From the NCBI GenBank assembly GCA_963976765.1, contig CAXBME010000023.1:1-64000 (forward strand): 64,000 nt of DNA, in the 5' to 3' direction. Under the pieces are notes generated by a model. The model was not told the origin of the DNA, searched no databases, and saw only the letters and a list, made by a program, of their open reading frames with translations. Source of the stretch: an uncultured Planctomycetaceae bacterium (GTDB taxonomy: Bacteria > Planctomycetota > Planctomycetia > Planctomycetales > Planctomycetaceae). Shown one piece after another: positions 20,034-29,236 of this stretch. Within the stretch, counting starts at the first letter, position 1, and every line of letters starts with the position of its first letter. The position numbers and the translations under genes were made by a program.

Positions 20034-20291
20034 TTACGCCTGTTGCGGTGAGGGAATATCTTTGACAACTACAGTTGGCGACAGTAAGTGGCCAAGCTCA
20101 GGGTGCGAGACCGGATTGTGAATAATGTGAGACACGACAACGAGTGATGCCCCGGCTTGTGGTTTTAGAAGCTCGCCAACACGCGGTAGGGCCACAGATT
20201 TCATATCAAACGTCTTATCGTCACTCTTATCTTTGGCTTTATAGACCACATTGAAAGTGATCAACGGCATTGCGACATCATAGTCATCCAT
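20034..20291 (-). CDS. Small hypothetical protein
   Basis: Plausible beta-rich ORF (..VALPRVGELL..VVSHIIH); start uncertain (20291 or 20270). Confidence 0.5.
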   Translation of the reverse strand: MDDYDVAMPLITFNVVYKAKDKSDDKTFDMKSVALPRVGELLKPQAGASLVVVSHIIHNPVSHPELGHLLSPTVVVKDIPSPQQA

Positions 20292-20590
20292 TTTGGTATC
20301 CTGGTGGTAGGAGCTTATCGGCCAGACATAGCGTAACCGCGCTTGCGGCAGATTCGCTCCCAGACAGAATCCGGAACCATGTCGTAATTCTCGCCGCGAA
20401 CGCGACATACGCGAGTCCAGAAGGCGTGAACTGTCAACTCTGGTCCATAGAATCGCTCGTTAAGGATATCATCGAGGATTTGTGAATCGCTCGATTGGGA
20501 AGCGGATCTTTCGGCGTCAGATTGCTGCCAAGATTTCGGCCATTCACTGAGACCCATAGTTTACCCCTTGAAGAGACTAACGAAGAAAGC

Positions 20591-21169
20591 TCAGTTGCCG
20601 AGCGCCCGCGCGGGTGGCTCATCGACAACTCCAGACTCTAGTCCGCACGCGTCGCCGGTCAATTGCAGCCGGTGGGTAGGTGCTGCCGCACTGGCCGAAC
20701 GGCGGACTCCTGCATCGAAAAGGCTCACGTCGAGCACGAATGTCTCGGTCATCCCGTCCGCAGTTACCGACGTCGACAGGAGTTCGCGCTGGATCAAAGT
20801 CTCAACTGCCGAGCTAGAGACGTCGGATCGATTGAACCGCCCCCAAGTCATGACACATCCGCGATTTTCGACGAAAAGATCAACGAGCGCTTGTTCTTCT
20901 GGGCTGAGCGAACCGTAAAGCTCATCCGCTTGTTCGACTTGCCGTTGGCGATCCGATGCTTGCTTGAGGCGCTCATGCTTGGAGGCAGCAAGAAGGCGGA
21001 CGATCGGAAAAACGATGAGAAAAGTGAAAGCAGCTATGCCCCAGTCGGAAGTCTTGAGATAGATGATGAGCCCGATGACGCCTGCGCTCGACGTGGCGAC
21101 GCTGCGGCTAACGTCAGTCTCGGAATAGATCCGGTCAGCCCATTTGTCAAGTATTTGCACCCGAAGCAC
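20591..21169 (-). CDS. Two-TM plus winged-helix protein, SieB (superinfection exclusion B)-like architecture
   Basis: Two hydrophobic helices, a charged linker, then LSPEEQALVDLF...AVETLIQRELL. Confidence 0.5.
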   Translation of the reverse strand: MLRVQILDKWADRIYSETDVSRSVATSSAGVIGLIIYLKTSDWGIAAFTFLIVFPIVRLLAASKHERLKQASDRQRQVEQADELYGSLSPEEQALVDLFVENRGCVMTWGRFNRSDVSSSAVETLIQRELLSTSVTADGMTETFVLDVSLFDAGVRRSASAAAPTHRLQLTGDACGLESGVVDEPPARALGN

Positions 21170-21710
21170 CTAACTTTGAATTCTGCCGCGTGAGGGAGTA
21201 TCGGATTGCCCGGACGCGGGGTATCTGGATTTTTCAGTCGGCGGGGTAGTACCGAGAGTGTCGTCAGAAGCTTTCAGAACGGGTGAACGTACGATCGACA
21301 CGGCGAACAGTCAAGCTCGGACTTGCGCTCGGAAATAATATGAGCGTCTACTGAACCGCGAAATCCCGCAGCCGGCGGGTAAGAGGGGGCTTCCATGTTC
21401 GACCCTCTGAAATCGCTGATGTCGAGCCATTGTGCTCCGCCTGCGGAAACTGCGGTCACCGGGAGGTGATCCGTACGGCTGTGGTTCTCCGGGTAACACC
21501 GGCAGGTTCAACCAGGATCGACAACTTCGAGCATGGCCGCAAGGTCCAATCACCATTCCCATCCCTGAAGGGTTTGGAAAACGGTCTCTGCCCGAGACCA
21601 GTATTAACAACGGGCAACGGTGACCTCCGTCGTCTGACGGATCGCAACTGCGATTCGTGAGTCGAACGGCGACCGGCACGGGCCGGCGTCGTCAACAGGA
21701 GGAAATGGAC

Positions 21711-22187
21711 ATGTTCAACATGACCCGATTCACCGTCGGGACAAAACGTGCGATTCGTTGGGTAATCCGCGTGTTGTCCTTCACCGGGATGCTTCTCGGT
21801 TCAGTGATTGATTGCGCAATCGCCGACCTGAAATGGCTGGTGATTGAGGTGATCGTCAAACCTGCTTTCGCAGTGCGTCTTCGCACCTTTGTGTATGTCA
21901 CCTGCACGCTGCTGATTGCCTGTGTGGTTGTCACATGGGTGTGGAGTGTGCGGGCGATTGCCGTGACGGCTCTGGCCATTCGCATTGGTGTGTACTCGCT
22001 CGTGTTCTGTTTGTGCGTGACCTGTCTGGTGCTGATGCCCAGAGCCATGTGTCACGTCAGGGATGCGTACGGGCTGGCCGTATCTGCGAAGGCAATACCC
22101 GGCAAATGCAGGCCTGTGTCCGGTTTCGACATGTATCGAAACGTGGTTTCAGGCGGGCAGACTCGTGAAAGCGAGTCAGTGGAGTAA
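21711..22187 (+). CDS. Hypothetical membrane protein
   Basis: AGGAGG RBS at 21697-21702; several hydrophobic segments. Confidence 0.5.
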   Translation: MFNMTRFTVGTKRAIRWVIRVLSFTGMLLGSVIDCAIADLKWLVIEVIVKPAFAVRLRTFVYVTCTLLIACVVVTWVWSVRAIAVTALAIRIGVYSLVFCLCVTCLVLMPRAMCHVRDAYGLAVSAKAIPGKCRPVSGFDMYRNVVSGGQTRESESVE

Positions 22188-22281
22188 CGCGATGCGGGGA
22201 CGCATCGCACCTATGAATCGCAGCTACGTGGACAGGGAAGCCTGCGCGTTGGCTGCACATTAAACAACAAGAGGAATGCTT

Positions 22282-22536
22282 ATGGACAATGAAAAACCGA
22301 TTCATGAAATCGCCATGGGACGCATCCGTGTGGCCATCTGGAGGAACGTTACCGAACAGGGCAGCGTTTGGTTCAGTGTCACGGTAACACGGTTCTGGAA
22401 GTCAGCCGAACGCACGGGCAACAGCACGAGCTTCGGCCACGATGACCTGCCAATCGTCGCCAAAGGGATGGACATGGCATACGCCTGGATCTGGGAATAC
22501 GAGGCTTCGGCTCCCAGGCAGACGGTGAACGAATAA
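22282..22536 (+). CDS. Small conserved protein, PC4/Whirly-like putative ssDNA-binding (copy 1)
   Basis: KPIHEIAMGRIRVAIW.N...FSVTVTR...STSFGHDDLP..AK..D.AY.WI; GAGGA RBS. Confidence 0.65.
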   Translation: MDNEKPIHEIAMGRIRVAIWRNVTEQGSVWFSVTVTRFWKSAERTGNSTSFGHDDLPIVAKGMDMAYAWIWEYEASAPRQTVNE

Positions 22537-22594
22537 GGGATTAGTAACCTGCCGGCGGACTGCAGGTCCGTCGGCACTCACGGAGGAGCATGCC

Positions 22595-22879
22595 ATGAAA
22601 ACCATCGTAACCACAGGACGATTCCGACTCGGCAGAGTCGTGATCACACCAGGAGCATTGAACGAACTCTCACCGGAAGACGTTCTTTGTTTCCTGTGTC
22701 GCCATCTCAATGGCGACTGGGGCGACGTGTGTCAGGAAGACCAATGGGCAAACGATCTGGCCCTTGAGGAAGGCCATCGGTTGTTCTCTTCGTACCGCAC
22801 TGAGAACGGAACGAAGTTCTGGGTCATCACCGAACACGACCGCTCCGTCACGACCTTCCTGCTGCCGGAAGAATACTGA
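22595..22879 (+). CDS. Conserved plasmid/ICE-associated small protein (GDWG...LLPEEY family)
   Basis: FRLGRVVITPGAL, RHLNGDWG and WVITEHDRSVTTFLLPEEY; GGAGG RBS. Confidence 0.8.
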   Translation: MKTIVTTGRFRLGRVVITPGALNELSPEDVLCFLCRHLNGDWGDVCQEDQWANDLALEEGHRLFSSYRTENGTKFWVITEHDRSVTTFLLPEEY

Positions 22880-22918
22880 CGAACCGAATCGGTTCAACGC
22901 GAGGCAATGCTTCGCATC

Positions 22919-22950
22919 GGACCGGCGGGTGTGCCCCGCCGGTCCTTCTT
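22919..22950 (+). terminator. GC-rich hairpin, possible intrinsic terminator
   Basis: GGACCGGCGGG-TGTGC-CCCGCCGGTCC followed by TTCTT. Confidence 0.45.
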
Positions 22951-23048
22951 CAGGCTGTCTCTTCGTGATGAACAATCATCACGAAGGGGCGGCACTGACC
23001 TGGAGAGTCGCGCCGCTCTGTCACTCGCGGCTCCCCGTCATGGAGAAA

Positions 23049-23270
23049 ATGAAAATGGCACAAACAGAAGAAAAGCGCAAAGAGGTTTATCCACCTGCCA
23101 GGTTCTGGCGGGCATTACTCAAAGTTCACAACCACTACCTCGCGGAAGAAATAGATGACTACACATCACTGCCGCAAAAGGTGCGTTCCGGCCACATCTG
23201 CGAATCACTCCTGGTTCTGCACGACTGGCTGGGTATCGCCATCGAGGAGGAGTGGCTCGACGACGAGTAG
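23049..23270 (+). CDS. Small acidic hypothetical protein
   Basis: GGAG RBS; MKMAQTEEKRKEVYPP...EEEWLDDE. Confidence 0.55.
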   Translation: MKMAQTEEKRKEVYPPARFWRALLKVHNHYLAEEIDDYTSLPQKVRSGHICESLLVLHDWLGIAIEEEWLDDE

Positions 23271-23285
23271 AGGATTAACCGAATC

Positions 23286-23322
23286 GGTGTGGAGAGAGTG
23301 ACAGCTCTCCACACCACCTTTT
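23286..23322 (+). terminator. Hairpin, possible terminator
   Basis: GGTGTGGAGAG-8nt-CTCTCCACACC, then ACCTTTT. Confidence 0.45.
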
Positions 23323-23370
23323 CGTCAGTCTCAACTCAACCGGGCACATGAATCAACAGGGCGGGAGAAC

Positions 23371-23667
23371 ATGAACTCAGACAACAAGCCGCACGCACTG
23401 CTCGGCTCCGGACGTCTCACATCCTCCTTGTGGAAGATCGTCAATGGGAACAATGACGTCGAGTACCGATTCAACCTGTTCCGCATTCACCGCGAAACGG
23501 GAGCAGTCGACCAGTGGCTCGCCCCGGAAGACATTGAATCGCTTGTGAAACTTTCCCGCGTTCTGGCATTCGAACTCGCTGAAGACGGCTGCATGGATCG
23601 AATGCTTCGCGAACGCCTTTATCAACTTGCGGAACGTCTGGACGAACTCATCGAGCGGGGCTCCTGA
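23371..23667 (+). CDS. Small protein, divergent PC4/Whirly-like (copy 2)
   Basis: KPHALLGSGRLTSSLWK...YRFNLFR...PEDIESLVK resembles 22282; GGGAG RBS. Confidence 0.6.
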   Translation: MNSDNKPHALLGSGRLTSSLWKIVNGNNDVEYRFNLFRIHRETGAVDQWLAPEDIESLVKLSRVLAFELAEDGCMDRMLRERLYQLAERLDELIERGS

Positions 23668-23697
23668 CTTCTGCCAACACATAGACAGCCAACATCC

Positions 23698-23973
23698 ATG
23701 AAGACAACCACTACCAAAGAAATTCGACGTGGACTGATCATTGCCCGCATTCGATGCGTTCGTGCCCGCGACGGTATTCGGCACACAGTTTCTGTTCATC
23801 GCCTGTTTCGCAATGGCGATCACTGGAAGGAATCGAGCCGCTTCGGTCAGGACGACCTTCCCGTCATCCGCCTGGTGCTGGACCTCGCCCACACATGGGT
23901 TCTTCAGAATGGAACTCAAAGCGAACAGCACTCTGCCAGACGCACATCGAATCAATGCAGAAGCAGCCGCTAA
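23698..23973 (+). CDS. Small protein, PC4/Whirly-like (copy 3)
   Basis: EIRRGLIIARI...HTVSVHRLFRNGDHWKESSRFGQDDLP...DLAHTWV, clear paralogue of 22282. Confidence 0.65.
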   Translation: MKTTTTKEIRRGLIIARIRCVRARDGIRHTVSVHRLFRNGDHWKESSRFGQDDLPVIRLVLDLAHTWVLQNGTQSEQHSARRTSNQCRSSR

Positions 23974-24451
23974 TGCATGACATTAATCACAACAACCGGC
24001 ATCAGGATGGCGGAACCACAAACGCGATCTCACCAGCGATTGTACGTGACTTGCCGTCAATAGCGGGGTCTCGCATCGAAGTTCACGAACGAACCGAACT
24101 CTCCAGTAAATCTAGGAGGGCCGAAGCGAAAGAATATCTTGTCAGAGCTCTAGCTGCTGCGATCGTGAAGACTGCGAAAAGTGTCGCTTCCACTGATGCC
24201 GGTAATTGGCCATCGGCTCCAAGCAAGCCCGAAAGTGATTCGAGGACGACGAAGATGCGAAGCATGCCACGTTGTCCACGCTTACCTGATTCCAACGCTG
24301 CATTCGAGCCCGCGAACCTGCTCAGGCACACATGGAAGCCAAAATCCAACAATCGGATTGGCGATGAAAAGATTCGCCTGACCGGTAGTCCTCAGTTGAA
24401 GTGCCGACATTTTCTACGCAATACACTCATCAACCAACAGCAGGTAACGAT

Positions 24452-24724
24452 ATGAATATAAATGACCTGGTAGAGCGATTGGATCGCATTGAAAACTCAT
24501 TGCAACAACTTGCGACGCAACGCCTTATCAAAGAGTACTACTCTACCTCAGAAGTTGCTCGACTCGTCAAGCGATCAGATTTCACCGTGCGAGAGTGGTG
24601 TCGCCTCGGACGCATCGCCGCTGAGAAACGGGCGTGCGGGCGGGGTCGATCTCAGGAATGGATGATCCCACATGATGAGCTACTGCGATTTCAGTGCGAA
24701 GGCTTACTGCCCATCGAAAACTGA
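24452..24724 (+). CDS. Excisionase-like helix-turn-helix protein
   Basis: YYSTSEVARLVKRSDFTVREWCRLGRIAAEK; convergent with and overlapping the integrase 3' end. Confidence 0.8.
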   Translation: MNINDLVERLDRIENSLQQLATQRLIKEYYSTSEVARLVKRSDFTVREWCRLGRIAAEKRACGRGRSQEWMIPHDELLRFQCEGLLPIEN

Positions 24725-25954
24725 CCGGATCGCTTGCTGTTGAGTATCAGGGAAGAGGTGCTGGTATCGCTTCATCATCTCTTCCGTCTGGTGTCCCATC
24801 CAGGCATTGATCAGACGCTGATCGACTCCCTTTGCTGCACAGTTCGACGCAAAGCTGTGACGCAGCACATGCCATCCACGTACCCTCTCCCATTTGGTTC
24901 CTGACAAAGTCCTTTTCAAATGGTCATCGGCCTGAGCAATCGTCAGTGGCCCGGCGTGCCTACGATCGGACTGGCTTAGAGCATTCTTGCTGAAACTAAA
25001 GGCATATTTGCCGCCTGGATGTTCTCGGAACCATTTCGCCAAGACGTCAGATAAGGCGGTCGACAGTGGAACCAGTCGTGTCGTGTATTTCTGGCGGTTA
25101 CGCTTTTTTTCTCTGACTGTCACGGTGCCTGCTTCGAGGTCGAAGTCCCGAACTTGCGCTCTAAGCAGTTCGCTCCGACGAGCGCCCGTAAACGCGGCTG
25201 TCGCGACGATAGGATGAATGAATGCGTTGCGTGACTTCTCTGCAACACATAACAACATCTCAGAGATCTCACTTAGCGTTAGAAACAGACAGTCCCAGAG
25301 TTCATCTTGTTCACAATCATCCAGGCATCCCCGCTTGATCTGGTACTCGATTTCACTCCATGTTTGAAATCGGGACTTTTCTTCTGACTTCCTGAATCTG
25401 AGTCCCTTTCCAGGAAACACATCGGACACGTAGCCATGCTTCTGAGCCCAAGACCAGATTGCTCGTAATGTCGCGATTTCTTTCTTGATTGTCGTTGGGC
25501 TGAGATTCTTTCCACGCCTACCCTTTTCCTGTGACCGTGTGTCAACGTACCTCTGCAGATCAGCGAAAGACAGAGATCTAATCGGCGACGCACTGTCAAG
25601 AATTCGCTGTAGATGGTTCGTGTGGATTTTGGTCGTCGCGAGCGAGTTTGGCTCCATTGATCCGTTTGACATGGCGTGCCGGTAGGCCGTGAAAATGTCG
25701 GAAAACGAGGTCACGGTCGGCAACGCTGGCTTCTCGCTCAGTTTGCCGTCCGAAAGCAGAAACGTCGCCAGTTCGCGAGTGTCTGCTGGAATCGCCAACC
25801 GCCCTGTTTCAACCAGTCGAATGTTCTCATCGACTCGACTAACCGCAGCATTTGCGATTCGCTGATTTGTCGTTCGGAGAGAAGTCCGGAAAATTTGCCC
25901 AGAGTACCGGAATCCGAGATGAAAGACGTCCCCACGCTTTGTCAGCCACGCCAT
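24704..25954 (-). CDS. int: Tyrosine recombinase/integrase
   Basis: TGARRSEL, HVLRHSFAS, WMGH and MKRY catalytic R-H-R-H-Y; adjacent to tRNA. Confidence 0.95.
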   Translation of the reverse strand: MAWLTKRGDVFHLGFRYSGQIFRTSLRTTNQRIANAAVSRVDENIRLVETGRLAIPADTRELATFLLSDGKLSEKPALPTVTSFSDIFTAYRHAMSNGSMEPNSLATTKIHTNHLQRILDSASPIRSLSFADLQRYVDTRSQEKGRRGKNLSPTTIKKEIATLRAIWSWAQKHGYVSDVFPGKGLRFRKSEEKSRFQTWSEIEYQIKRGCLDDCEQDELWDCLFLTLSEISEMLLCVAEKSRNAFIHPIVATAAFTGARRSELLRAQVRDFDLEAGTVTVREKKRNRQKYTTRLVPLSTALSDVLAKWFREHPGGKYAFSFSKNALSQSDRRHAGPLTIAQADDHLKRTLSGTKWERVRGWHVLRHSFASNCAAKGVDQRLINAWMGHQTEEMMKRYQHLFPDTQQQAIRSVFDGQ

Positions 25955-25981
25955 TTGTTGACTCCTGTGATCGCGTAAAGC

Positions 25982-26066
25982 GAGTCAAATCGTAGGAGTC
26001 AAAAGTAGGCGCCGACCATCGACGCAAACCGTGCGCAAATCCAACAGCGCTCACAATGCGCTCACA
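25982..26066. repeat. Paired direct repeats between integrase and tRNA (candidate arm-type sites)
   Basis: GCGCTCACA at 26047 and 26058; CGCAAA at 26023 and 26034 (both 11-bp period); GAGTCAAA..GTAGG twice at 25982-26009. Confidence 0.55.
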
Positions 26067-26081
26067 GAACAACGGGGCAAC

Positions 26082-26118
26082 AAAAAAGGACTCACGTCCG
26101 GTTCGACGTAAGTCCTTT
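26082..26118 (-). terminator. Intrinsic terminator downstream of tRNA-Gln
   Basis: Minus strand AAAGGACTTACGTC-GAACCG-GACGTGAGTCCTTT running into a T6 tract; the single mismatch is a G-U pair on this strand. Confidence 0.65.
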
Positions 26119-26160
26119 GGTATCAATGCCCCGAGGAGAAATAAATCCGCTTCGGAGAGA

Positions 26161-26232
26161 TTACCCGGCCAGGACTTGAACCTGGAATGGCAGGATCAAA
26201 ACCTGCAGTGTTACCGATTACACCACCGGGCA
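26161..26232 (-). tRNA. tRNA-Gln(TTG), CCA not encoded
   Basis: TGCCCGG acceptor / CCGGGTA, GTGT-AATCGGTA-ACAC D-arm, GCAGG-TT TTG AT-CCTGC anticodon arm, GGTTCAAGTCC T-loop. Confidence 0.95.
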
Positions 26233-26356
26233 GTGTGGGGTGGCGGAATCCTAGCGGACACTCGGCTTTTCAGTCCAGGCAACTTTGGGGATGTTTTGAG
26301 GACATTCTCAGACATCATTCAACACGGTTCGGGATTCAGATTCAAAATGGTTAGAA

Positions 26357-26764
26357 TCACGGAAAAATCTGGATCGAACCGTTGCCGCCGTTGATTTCCC
26401 AGGACAATGGCTGAATCGTTTGTTGCATCAGCTCGGCAAGATTTTCGGCATTCCGTCGACTGCTGCCTGGCCCGTTACCGGTTCCGACGGAAAGGCTGGC
26501 TCCACCAAACTCCCAGCAGTCTGGTGCTACCTTTGATTGAATCAGTGAAATCAGTCCGTCCATCGACTTCTGCTGTCCGCCGCGAAGGGCGGCCCGCCGT
26601 CTGAGAATTCGTTCGCGGGCTGTCAGCTCACGAATTCCGGGCTCCAGCTCATGACTTGTCGTGACTGTCACGGCTGCTGCCCGGTCTGGTGAGAATTGTT
26701 TGTGCTCGATGTCGGCAGCAGGCGAGCCGGAAATCAGCAAAATGAGGGCCAGGGAGTTTATCAT
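26357..26764 (-). CDS. Hypothetical exported protein with secretin-N-like 'LIxLIQxxVAPDxW' repeats
   Basis: Signal-like N-terminus MINSLALILLISG; two copies of L..L.Q....P..WE..GG. Confidence 0.55.
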   Translation of the reverse strand: MINSLALILLISGSPAADIEHKQFSPDRAAAVTVTTSHELEPGIRELTARERILRRRAALRGGQQKSMDGLISLIQSKVAPDCWEFGGASLSVGTGNGPGSSRRNAENLAELMQQTIQPLSWEINGGNGSIQIFP

Positions 26765-27207
26765 TCGTAGATTCCTCGTTTTTCGTGCGTCAATCTGAGA
26801 AAAATGGCGACCAGGACAGTGGTCAGACAGAAATCTCAACGCAATCCAGAGTCGCAGTTCAACAAGTGAACGCGTTCGGTGAGAATTCAACCAGCAATTC
26901 TGGCGTCGAGAACTGGTCGTGACTCCGCCGAAACAGCTGCGATACACTCCCTCGTCTCTTGTGAAGTGAGTTGCTGGCCACCAGGTATCGCGGAAGGACT
27001 TCGCGGTCCGGGGCGTACTCTGAAAAAATCAAAAGATCGGTTCTTTGTTTAACAGCAAGTCACAGGCGACGTTGCACCTTGAATTCAGGACTTCATCCTG
27101 ATGATCAGTCGAGCTTGTTTCTCGATTGTTCACAATTCAGGTCATGTGTTCGGAAGTTGACCTTGTTTCTGTCTTTAGAAGTTTTATTCGGAAAACGGAG
27201 TTTCCCG

Positions 27208-29109
27208 ATGCTGACGCGTCGTAGGTTTGCCATTCTCGCCATCACTCTGCTGGCTTCTTGCAGCACGCTCGTTGCCCAGACGCCAACTCCTGAGTTCGCA
27301 TTACAGTATCGTCCAGCTCAGAAAGACGTCGAGTACGACAGCCCGGCCAAAGCCGACGTTGGCAGGTGCAAAGTTGAACTGGAGCGGAACGAAACCACAT
27401 CCGGCTTTGCGGTTTTCGATCCAAACGGCCTGATCCTGCGTCGCTACGTCGACACAAACAAGGATCGGTATATCGACCAGTGGCGTTACTACCGAAATGG
27501 CATTGAGGTCTACCGGGATCTGGACACAGACTTTAACCACAAGGCCGATCAGTCGCGCTGGCTGAACACCCATGGTTCCCGGTGGGGCATCGACAAGGAC
27601 GAAGATGGACGCATCGAAAAGTGGAAATTTCTATCTGCGGAAGAGGCGTCACGAGTCGCGATCTCAGCCATGATTGATGGTGATGCCGCACAGCTTTCTG
27701 CGGTTCTGGTGACATCCGAAGATCTGCAAAGTCTTGGACTGATCAATGAACTTTCCAGCCAGATTCTTCGTCAGGTGCAGGAGCCCGAAGCGGCCATGCG
27801 AACGGTGCTGGCCAAATCGCAAACACTCACCAGCAAGTCAAAATGGAATCGATTCGATGGAGCGATGCCGGGCGTCGTTCCTAAAGATGACGGCAAAGCT
27901 GCGGAAGATCTGATCGTCTACGAAGGGGCCATGGCGATCGTCGAAACGGGCGGGCAGCACGGGTTTGTGCAACTCGGCGAAATGATGCTCATTGGCAATG
28001 TCTGGAAGTTGACTCAGGTTCCTCGGCCAGCGGAAGGCGATTCGATCCAGATCCAGATCGGCGGAATTCTTATGCAGCCGGCGAGTCCGGTCGGCTCAGC
28101 GGTCGGACAGGAACTGACACCGGAAATGCAGACGCTGATTTCTCAATTACAGGCTGTTGACGATAAGGCTCCCCCACAGAATGCCCAACCCGTTCAGCTG
28201 GTGGAATATCTGCAGCGAAGGACGGCGATTATCGAAAGGATCGTCGCTGCGGCCCGGCCAGGTCAGGAATCGGAGACGTGGACAAAACAGTTGATCAACA
28301 GTCTGACGTCGGCACTTCAGGCGGGAGACAAGCAGTCGGGGGTTCGACTTAATCAGTTGCTCAGCAGCCTGAAACAGAATTCACCGAAGTCGAATCTCGT
28401 AGCGTACGCCGAGTATCGTCAGCTTTTTGCGAACTACAGCGCCGACATCGGAAAGGCTGCCAGCACGGAGATACAACAGAAGGTTCAGACAACGTGGCTA
28501 AGCGATCTCAAGAAATTTGTGACAGAGCACCCAACAGCCGACGACACTCCGGACGCGATTCTGCAGCTCGCGCTTAATGCCGAGTTTGCGGCAAGCCTAG
28601 TGGAAGCTCGGCAGTGGTACGGGCAGCTTGTCAGCAAGCACAGTCAATCGCCACAGGGGTTGCGAGCTGCCGGAGCGCTTCGTCGTCTGGATCTGAAAGG
28701 CAATCCGCTGATTCTTGGCGGTCCAGATCCGACTGGCCGGCAGATTAACGTGACGAATCTGAAAGGCCGCGTTGTCGCGGTTGTTTTCTGGGCATCCTGG
28801 TCGACGCAGTTCGTTTCGGACGTGCCAGTGCTTCGCGCCTTGTACGAACAGTACGGCGACCGCGGATTTGAAATCGTCGGCGTCAATCTCGATCAGGAGC
28901 CAACTGATGTGGCAGAATTCGCCAAACAAAGTCGCGTCACCTGGCCTAACATTTTCCAGCCAGGCGGGCTCGATGCGCCACTCGCTCAGCAGTATGGTCT
29001 GGTGTCAGTGCCGACGATCTTCCTCGTGGGAAAAGATGGCCGAGTGATTTCAAACGGCCTCACGATCAATGACCTTAAGACGCAACTCGCCGAGGCATTT
29101 CGAAAGTGA
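27208..29109 (+). CDS. Exported protein with a C-terminal TlpA/redoxin-like domain
   Basis: Signal peptide; DxDxD repeats; LKGRVVAVVFWASW...GFEIVGVNLD...YGLVSVPTIFLVGKDG. Confidence 0.8.
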   Translation: MLTRRRFAILAITLLASCSTLVAQTPTPEFALQYRPAQKDVEYDSPAKADVGRCKVELERNETTSGFAVFDPNGLILRRYVDTNKDRYIDQWRYYRNGIEVYRDLDTDFNHKADQSRWLNTHGSRWGIDKDEDGRIEKWKFLSAEEASRVAISAMIDGDAAQLSAVLVTSEDLQSLGLINELSSQILRQVQEPEAAMRTVLAKSQTLTSKSKWNRFDGAMPGVVPKDDGKAAEDLIVYEGAMAIVETGGQHGFVQLGEMMLIGNVWKLTQVPRPAEGDSIQIQIGGILMQPASPVGSAVGQELTPEMQTLISQLQAVDDKAPPQNAQPVQLVEYLQRRTAIIERIVAAARPGQESETWTKQLINSLTSALQAGDKQSGVRLNQLLSSLKQNSPKSNLVAYAEYRQLFANYSADIGKAASTEIQQKVQTTWLSDLKKFVTEHPTADDTPDAILQLALNAEFAASLVEARQWYGQLVSKHSQSPQGLRAAGALRRLDLKGNPLILGGPDPTGRQINVTNLKGRVVAVVFWASWSTQFVSDVPVLRALYEQYGDRGFEIVGVNLDQEPTDVAEFAKQSRVTWPNIFQPGGLDAPLAQQYGLVSVPTIFLVGKDGRVISNGLTINDLKTQLAEAFRK

Positions 29110-29236
29110 TTTTGACTGACTCGCTTCGGCAGGGGTGTGGTACGTCGGGACGCATCCTACTACCATCGGTCGCGTACGTTTTTATCGGGAAGCGGACCGT
29201 CCGCAATCATCAGCCAGTTAATGACCGAGCAGATTC

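Larger units (their letters stand above)
1..26160. mobile_element. Integrative plasmid-like/mobilizable element inserted at the 3' side of tRNA-Gln; left boundary not seen in this window
   Basis: Tyrosine integrase and excisionase-like HTH next to the tRNA 3' end; RepA, ParA, ParB, relaxase-like and T4CP genes plus defence cargo; housekeeping genes resume right of the tRNA. Confidence 0.75.

Noticed and set aside
23754..24455. 233-aa ORF before the excisionase
   Set aside because: Overlaps a better-supported gene and has low-information composition; a shorter gene from about 23973 cannot be excluded
26127..26140. TGCCCCGAGGAGA as a relic tRNA 3' end / att core
   Set aside because: Short, does not match the adjacent tRNA-Gln, and lies on the wrong side for its duplicated fragment
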